Shown here in pieces: positions 58,101 to 61,322 of a stretch of 61,322 bases of DNA. The stretch's first letter is position 1. Every line of letters starts with the position of its first letter. Made by a program: the position numbers and the translations under genes. Location: contig JAYZEG010000086.1 in the NCBI GenBank assembly GCA_036337435.1, positions 1 to 61,322 on the forward strand. Direction: 5' to 3'. This DNA is from Myxococcota bacterium. GTDB taxonomy: Bacteria; Myxococcota_A; Bradymonadia; UBA7976; UBA1532. The notes beneath the pieces were generated by a model. It searched no databases. It saw nothing but the letters and a program-made list of their open reading frames with translations, and was not told the origin of the DNA.

Positions 58101-58791
58101 GGGGGTCCGAGTCAGGAATGCAAATTGGATACGGCCGACGGCCCTCGATTTCAATCAAACCAACACCGGATTCGATGCGGTCGCGAAGAAACCAATCTGG
58201 ACTTCTTTGGGTTAAACTGTAGCGCGTCTGACCGATGGTCAATCGCGGTGGTGAATCCGCATCGGCAACCACACTCACAACAACGGCGTCACCAAAAAGT
58301 GCAGCCCCAGCCCGAATCTGTTTTTTTGACTCTCGGACCTGCCGTAACAACTGCACAGTCCCAGCCGAGGGGGCTAATTTGCGTCCAAACGAGACCGCAG
58401 CAGCCCAGTTTGGTTCGGCATCAACGCTCCGAACCGACTCAAAATTTGATTCTTCGGTGGGCGGGTAGCCTGCCCGCACGATTGTCAATGGACTGTCCCA
58501 TTCCCCAGGCGTCGAAATGGGTCCGTCAACGACGAGAATGGTGCCGCCATCAGGTCGCCAATGAACGCCAGCAATGAGGGCCGTAAAGCAAATGAACAAA
58601 ACCAATCGAGCGAAAAGCAGATGTCTGCTGTAAATTCGACTGACACCTCGGACATGCTTGTCAATGTGCCCACGAAGTAAAATGAAAGCACTATGGGGCT
58701 GGCTCTCACTGCCTGGGCCACGCAGGTGGACGTAGAGAGCAAAGCAACAGCTGGCGAGGGCCAGTAGAGCCATGGGGTAAGCAACAGTCAA
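55123..58791 (-). CDS. Membrane protein with two vWA domains and a GATase-like (DUF1355-type) region
   Basis: MIDAS motifs DISQS and DRSGS, LLSDG/LISDG, GGLLFLAG..AFGNGGW, PILAEWQLGRGRV, and TM helices. Confidence 0.85.
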   Translation of the reverse strand: MTVAYPMALLALASCCFALYVHLRGPGSESQPHSAFILLRGHIDKHVRGVSRIYSRHLLFARLVLFICFTALIAGVHWRPDGGTILVVDGPISTPGEWDSPLTIVRAGYPPTEESNFESVRSVDAEPNWAAAVSFGRKLAPSAGTVQLLRQVRESKKQIRAGAALFGDAVVVSVVADADSPPRLTIGQTRYSLTQRSPDWFLRDRIESGVGLIEIEGRRPYPICIPDSDPLKVANTGWPDAVQALLKGLPHVQLVDPEDAEWRVGPALENGTHWAPFAANLTHFTFESKPEKLQPAILRFERDLPPPEVVLKHWSPLPNSSGPILLANHAPVVDMIRGPSGQTRRFGFSPDETDIPKTAAWPVLFFDALNHDRARRSRCLEISAGHATVLSSLNDVRLTYPDGRVKSLKTRDGLVVVPALDEQGVYTLESNGVVASLAVQQGQVKEGRVVQMPSESVAEVDRRAWQVLGILVALWIFLIPTGGRRRWLMLVIIILLGLSLVPELIGDREAPIVLAVDISQSMPKEETLAQVEAVTKTLSTRLTARVDGGDSVEQAVRANASLPEFRGGTKHAPILSTAAELAGSNGVIVLLSDGQASDGPIAVQNQVFTLAVNSSRPDARIRTANGIQVGGTQFIRVELMSDKTVAGRLKIGDEQIDVSLTAGDVQVIRTVSEPQDGSVVEVELFVDGDRLKANNRWLIHVRQPRSTKGVVVGSNADWLRRAGLNVTRVPPDELMERGAEISDARALAIIDVPAASIPATVQANIRRWVYSGGLLFLAGQSNAFGNGGWVGSELDAMSPLDSRPKRPNPQPVGVVFLIDRSGSQSEASGGPGLRAVADIASGLSSSLEKNDLVGLIGFSGDARVLTPLTPLEALNSSLPVPTLARGGTQLGPALTKAAELLARPGLMKKLVVLISDGHFADPGQLQPHVARLASEGVNFVGFAIGKRPDLSTMRRIAEQLDGTAVRASQPVHSLVLNRLSDVISESLVRPGGPVLADPSWSSRIGGNPPSIAGRIRTSLRPGARALATAGGEPILAEWQLGRGRVVSLATDRWTLSAEQWANLFGHALLPATGGPQFMKKNDRLWFKTAPNRPPAVGDVIFTDDTGRRLTRTWTPSGPGQSWTDIPKGRPGLLAVSTMTQSGAITDVISRAYPEELATTGVDKIALELQAAVTGGRRLGSPLEMKPVIEAAGRRPDPLYGIWAGLLCLLCGLVDCVIWTRRT

Positions 58792-58794
58792 ATA

Positions 58795-59712
58795 TCAAAC
58801 CGCCTGATGACGAGTTTTGCCCACTCCAAACTCGGCCATAACAGAGTTGCATGCAACATGAAAGTCGTCCCCCACTTGTAGATCCACCAAAGGTAGACCT
58901 AATCTCGCAACAGCATCATGAAAAGCCTGCTCAAAAGCAGCCAAACGCGACTGAAACACCTGTCGCCCACCCGCGCTAAAGATGTGGCGTCGAGCACTTT
59001 CTGGATCGGATATCTGATCGTGTTCAACGATCAATTCGTTGGGTTTGAGAAGGCGTACCAGACAACACCGTTCCGCTAGACCAGTCAGCCATGCCAGGCG
59101 TGTGTCTACTTTAATTTCCGTCATAAAATCTGAGAAAAAAACAACCCGGCCATAGGCGTTACGCGAACGAATGGCATCAACTGCCTGAGATAAATCTACT
59201 GAACCCGCCGGCCGGGTGGCCGCCAAATATGTAAATAAGTCGGCGGCACAATCTTGACCATGGAAGGGCCGAGAAAACAAAACCTGTTGGCGGTGACAGA
59301 CCGCTATGATGACTTGATGACCAGCCTGCAGGGCGGCAAAGCCGAGTACGCTCGCCAGCTGTCTAGACCAAAGCCACTTCGATCCGCCGTCGACTCCCAT
59401 AGAACCAGACGCGTCGACCACCAACATGATTCGACCGAAGCTTTCATCTTCATAGCGTCGGACAAATAAACTGCCCGTCCTCGCGAAGACCGGCCAGTCT
59501 ACATGGCGAACATCTTCTCCGGACCGGTAGGGAGCATATCCGTGAAAATCGCGACCCATTCGACTCTGTGCATTCCGTTTTTGACCCATTTGCTGAACGC
59601 GTTGGGAGCGACGAAGAAAAAATGGGTATTGGCTCGCGAGTTGCCAGAGCTCGGATTCGGTGAGGTGGTTGACCAATCCATCTCGTCGATTCATGTGGTC
59701 ATATCCGAACAC
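58795..59712 (-). CDS. DUF58 family protein
   Basis: DFHGYAPYRSGEDVRHVDW..FART, VDASGSM, FFSDF. Confidence 0.9.
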   Translation of the reverse strand: MFGYDHMNRRDGLVNHLTESELWQLASQYPFFLRRSQRVQQMGQKRNAQSRMGRDFHGYAPYRSGEDVRHVDWPVFARTGSLFVRRYEDESFGRIMLVVDASGSMGVDGGSKWLWSRQLASVLGFAALQAGHQVIIAVCHRQQVLFSRPFHGQDCAADLFTYLAATRPAGSVDLSQAVDAIRSRNAYGRVVFFSDFMTEIKVDTRLAWLTGLAERCCLVRLLKPNELIVEHDQISDPESARRHIFSAGGRQVFQSRLAAFEQAFHDAVARLGLPLVDLQVGDDFHVACNSVMAEFGVGKTRHQAV

Positions 59713-60690
59713 CTAAACACGTTTCAAAATGTCAGCTACGACATCACCAGGACCGATGCCCCCAACACGAGCCCCATAGTCAAGGACCAATCGGTGCGAC
59801 AACGTCTCTGGCACCATAGCGCGCACGTCGTCCTCGATGACGTGTAAACGCCCGGACATTGCCGCACGCGCCTTCGATGCGGCCAGCAAGCCCTGTGCGG
59901 CACGGGGACTCGCACCAAGCTTTATCCACTTTCGACTGTCCGATGATGTTGGGTCCGGCTGAGTCAACAGGATAAGGTCTGCGATCAACTCCTTAATTCG
60001 GGTAGACGTGGGAAGCTGTCTAACGTGCCCTTGAAAGGCGGTGAGTGCCGTTGCATTCAAGATCGGTTCGGCCGTATCCAATGCGTCATCGGGCCTCACG
60101 TCGAGAATACGGACCAACGTATTGCGATCGGGAGAGTTGACGACAACTTTCAAGAGAAAGCGATCAGCTTGTGCCTCTGGTAATGGGTAAGTGCCTTCCA
60201 TTTCTATGGGATTATTCGTCGCCAATACAAAGAAAGGGGTCTCCAATTTCTGAGTCTGACCACCGAGGGTGACTTGCCCCTCAGCCATGGCTTCTAGCAT
60301 CGCCGATTGAGTTCTTGGGTTGGCCCTGTTTATCTCGTCAGCTAAGAGAACTTGCGTGAATATCGGACCGGGTTCAAACCGAGTGGTTGGCCCTTCGGAT
60401 GTCGTCTCAAGAATCTGGCCGCCCAGGATATCAGACGGCATTAAGTCAGGGGTAAATTGGATGCGCTGTACTCGGAGACCAAGGAATTTGGCCACCAGCT
60501 TGACCAAAAGTGTTTTTCCCAAACCTGGCCCCCCTTCGAGGAGGACATGACCCTGCGCAAGAATCGCAGCGATTACATTATCAACCAATCCTTCCTGGCC
60601 AACGAAACGTCTACCCAACTGACTCCTGAGTTCTAAAACCGCATCCCGCAACTCGCGGGCTATTGCCTCGGAATCTACATCCGCATTCAT
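59713..60690 (-). CDS. moxR: MoxR family AAA+ ATPase
   Basis: LLEGGPGLGKT, RIQFTPDLMPSDI, LADEINR, NPIEMEGTYPLPEAQADRF; ATGA overlap with the upstream gene. Confidence 0.95.
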   Translation of the reverse strand: MNADVDSEAIARELRDAVLELRSQLGRRFVGQEGLVDNVIAAILAQGHVLLEGGPGLGKTLLVKLVAKFLGLRVQRIQFTPDLMPSDILGGQILETTSEGPTTRFEPGPIFTQVLLADEINRANPRTQSAMLEAMAEGQVTLGGQTQKLETPFFVLATNNPIEMEGTYPLPEAQADRFLLKVVVNSPDRNTLVRILDVRPDDALDTAEPILNATALTAFQGHVRQLPTSTRIKELIADLILLTQPDPTSSDSRKWIKLGASPRAAQGLLAASKARAAMSGRLHVIEDDVRAMVPETLSHRLVLDYGARVGGIGPGDVVADILKRV

Positions 60691-61316
60691 TCTTTCTGTC
60701 GCCTGAACCACGTCTCGATTACCTGATGATACTGTGGGGGAAACGGTCTTGCCGGTTCCACTATTCTACCGTCGATCTTACCACTGGATCGCAATGTCTG
60801 ACTACTTCCCTCAATTTTCAGTGTTGTCGCCGCCTTCTGAGATTCGATTGCAACGAACTTTATGCCCGTCTCCCCACCTGACACAGCCCCCACTTTCTGT
60901 CCGGCTTGCGCCTCTTTTCTTTTGGGACTTTGCGGTGAGTCTACCGGTTTAGCAACGGTTTTACGAATCACGTCGCTGCCGATACGCGGTTTGGTCTTCG
61001 CGCGTCGCTTAAGCGACGGCTCCTTTTCAGCCTGTTTGACTTTGTTAGGCTGGGGCACAATCACGCCCACCTGCGCCTCGTTCGACGCCCCCTCAATCAT
61101 CTGAGTTCTCGTTACTTGAGACTGAATTGCAACCACAACAACCGATACGACAGGCAGCCACCAAAGCAAGCTCGGGGCTGGTGCGTAATCACCCACATTT
61201 TTATCCCCGACTTGGTCCCAAGCTCTTTTCCTTTGAGCGACGACGATCTTCTCATCGCTTTTCATATGATCAACGGCGCATTCAACCAGGCCAAGGTGCC
61301 CACCGATGCGGTCCAT
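60687..61316 (-). CDS. Hypothetical membrane protein of the MoxR operon (probably 5'-truncated by window edge)
   Basis: TM helix, low-complexity linker and C-terminal PPQYHQVIETWF; stop overlaps the moxR start. Confidence 0.65.
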   Translation of the reverse strand: MDRIGGHLGLVECAVDHMKSDEKIVVAQRKRAWDQVGDKNVGDYAPAPSLLWWLPVVSVVVVAIQSQVTRTQMIEGASNEAQVGVIVPQPNKVKQAEKEPSLKRRAKTKPRIGSDVIRKTVAKPVDSPQSPKRKEAQAGQKVGAVSGGETGIKFVAIESQKAATTLKIEGSSQTLRSSGKIDGRIVEPARPFPPQYHQVIETWFRRQKE

Positions 61317-61322
61317 TACGAT

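Overview
A 61 kb, gene-dense chromosomal window with no CRISPR array, prophage, integrase or IS element visible. It looks like a Myxococcota-type (deltaproteobacterial) genome; this is inferred from MYXO-CTERM-like sorting tails, three Hanks-type Ser/Thr kinases, an FHA-GAF sigma-54 activator, TSP3/OmpA proteins and a type IVa pilin. Housekeeping genes: infC, an ABC-F ATPase, a deoxynucleoside kinase, rnr, tRNA-Ala(GGC), glyA, a cinA-like gene, dapD, btpA, folD-gcvT-gcvH and a MoxR-DUF58-vWA operon. These are mixed with many large exported proteins. Most notable candidates: (1) a translationally coupled three-gene envelope unit at 4965-10494, resembling traA/traB but with two OmpA domains and a third OmpA-FecR-FN3 protein carrying a histone-like basic tract, preceded by an orphan mini flagellar-rod gene; (2) an AT-rich intergenic patch at 2900-3060 with helically phased GATC sites (oriC-like or a methylation switch); (3) a CCA-adding-enzyme homologue with an eroded transferase site but an intact HD domain; (4) a HEAT lipoprotein with about 10 copies of a Cys-pair repeat; (5) a surface amidohydrolase fused to nuclease-type OB and lamin-tail domains; (6) a C-x17-C-x2-C radical SAM gene upstream of folD-gcvT-gcvH. 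All assignments come from reading motifs by eye; no database searches were run.
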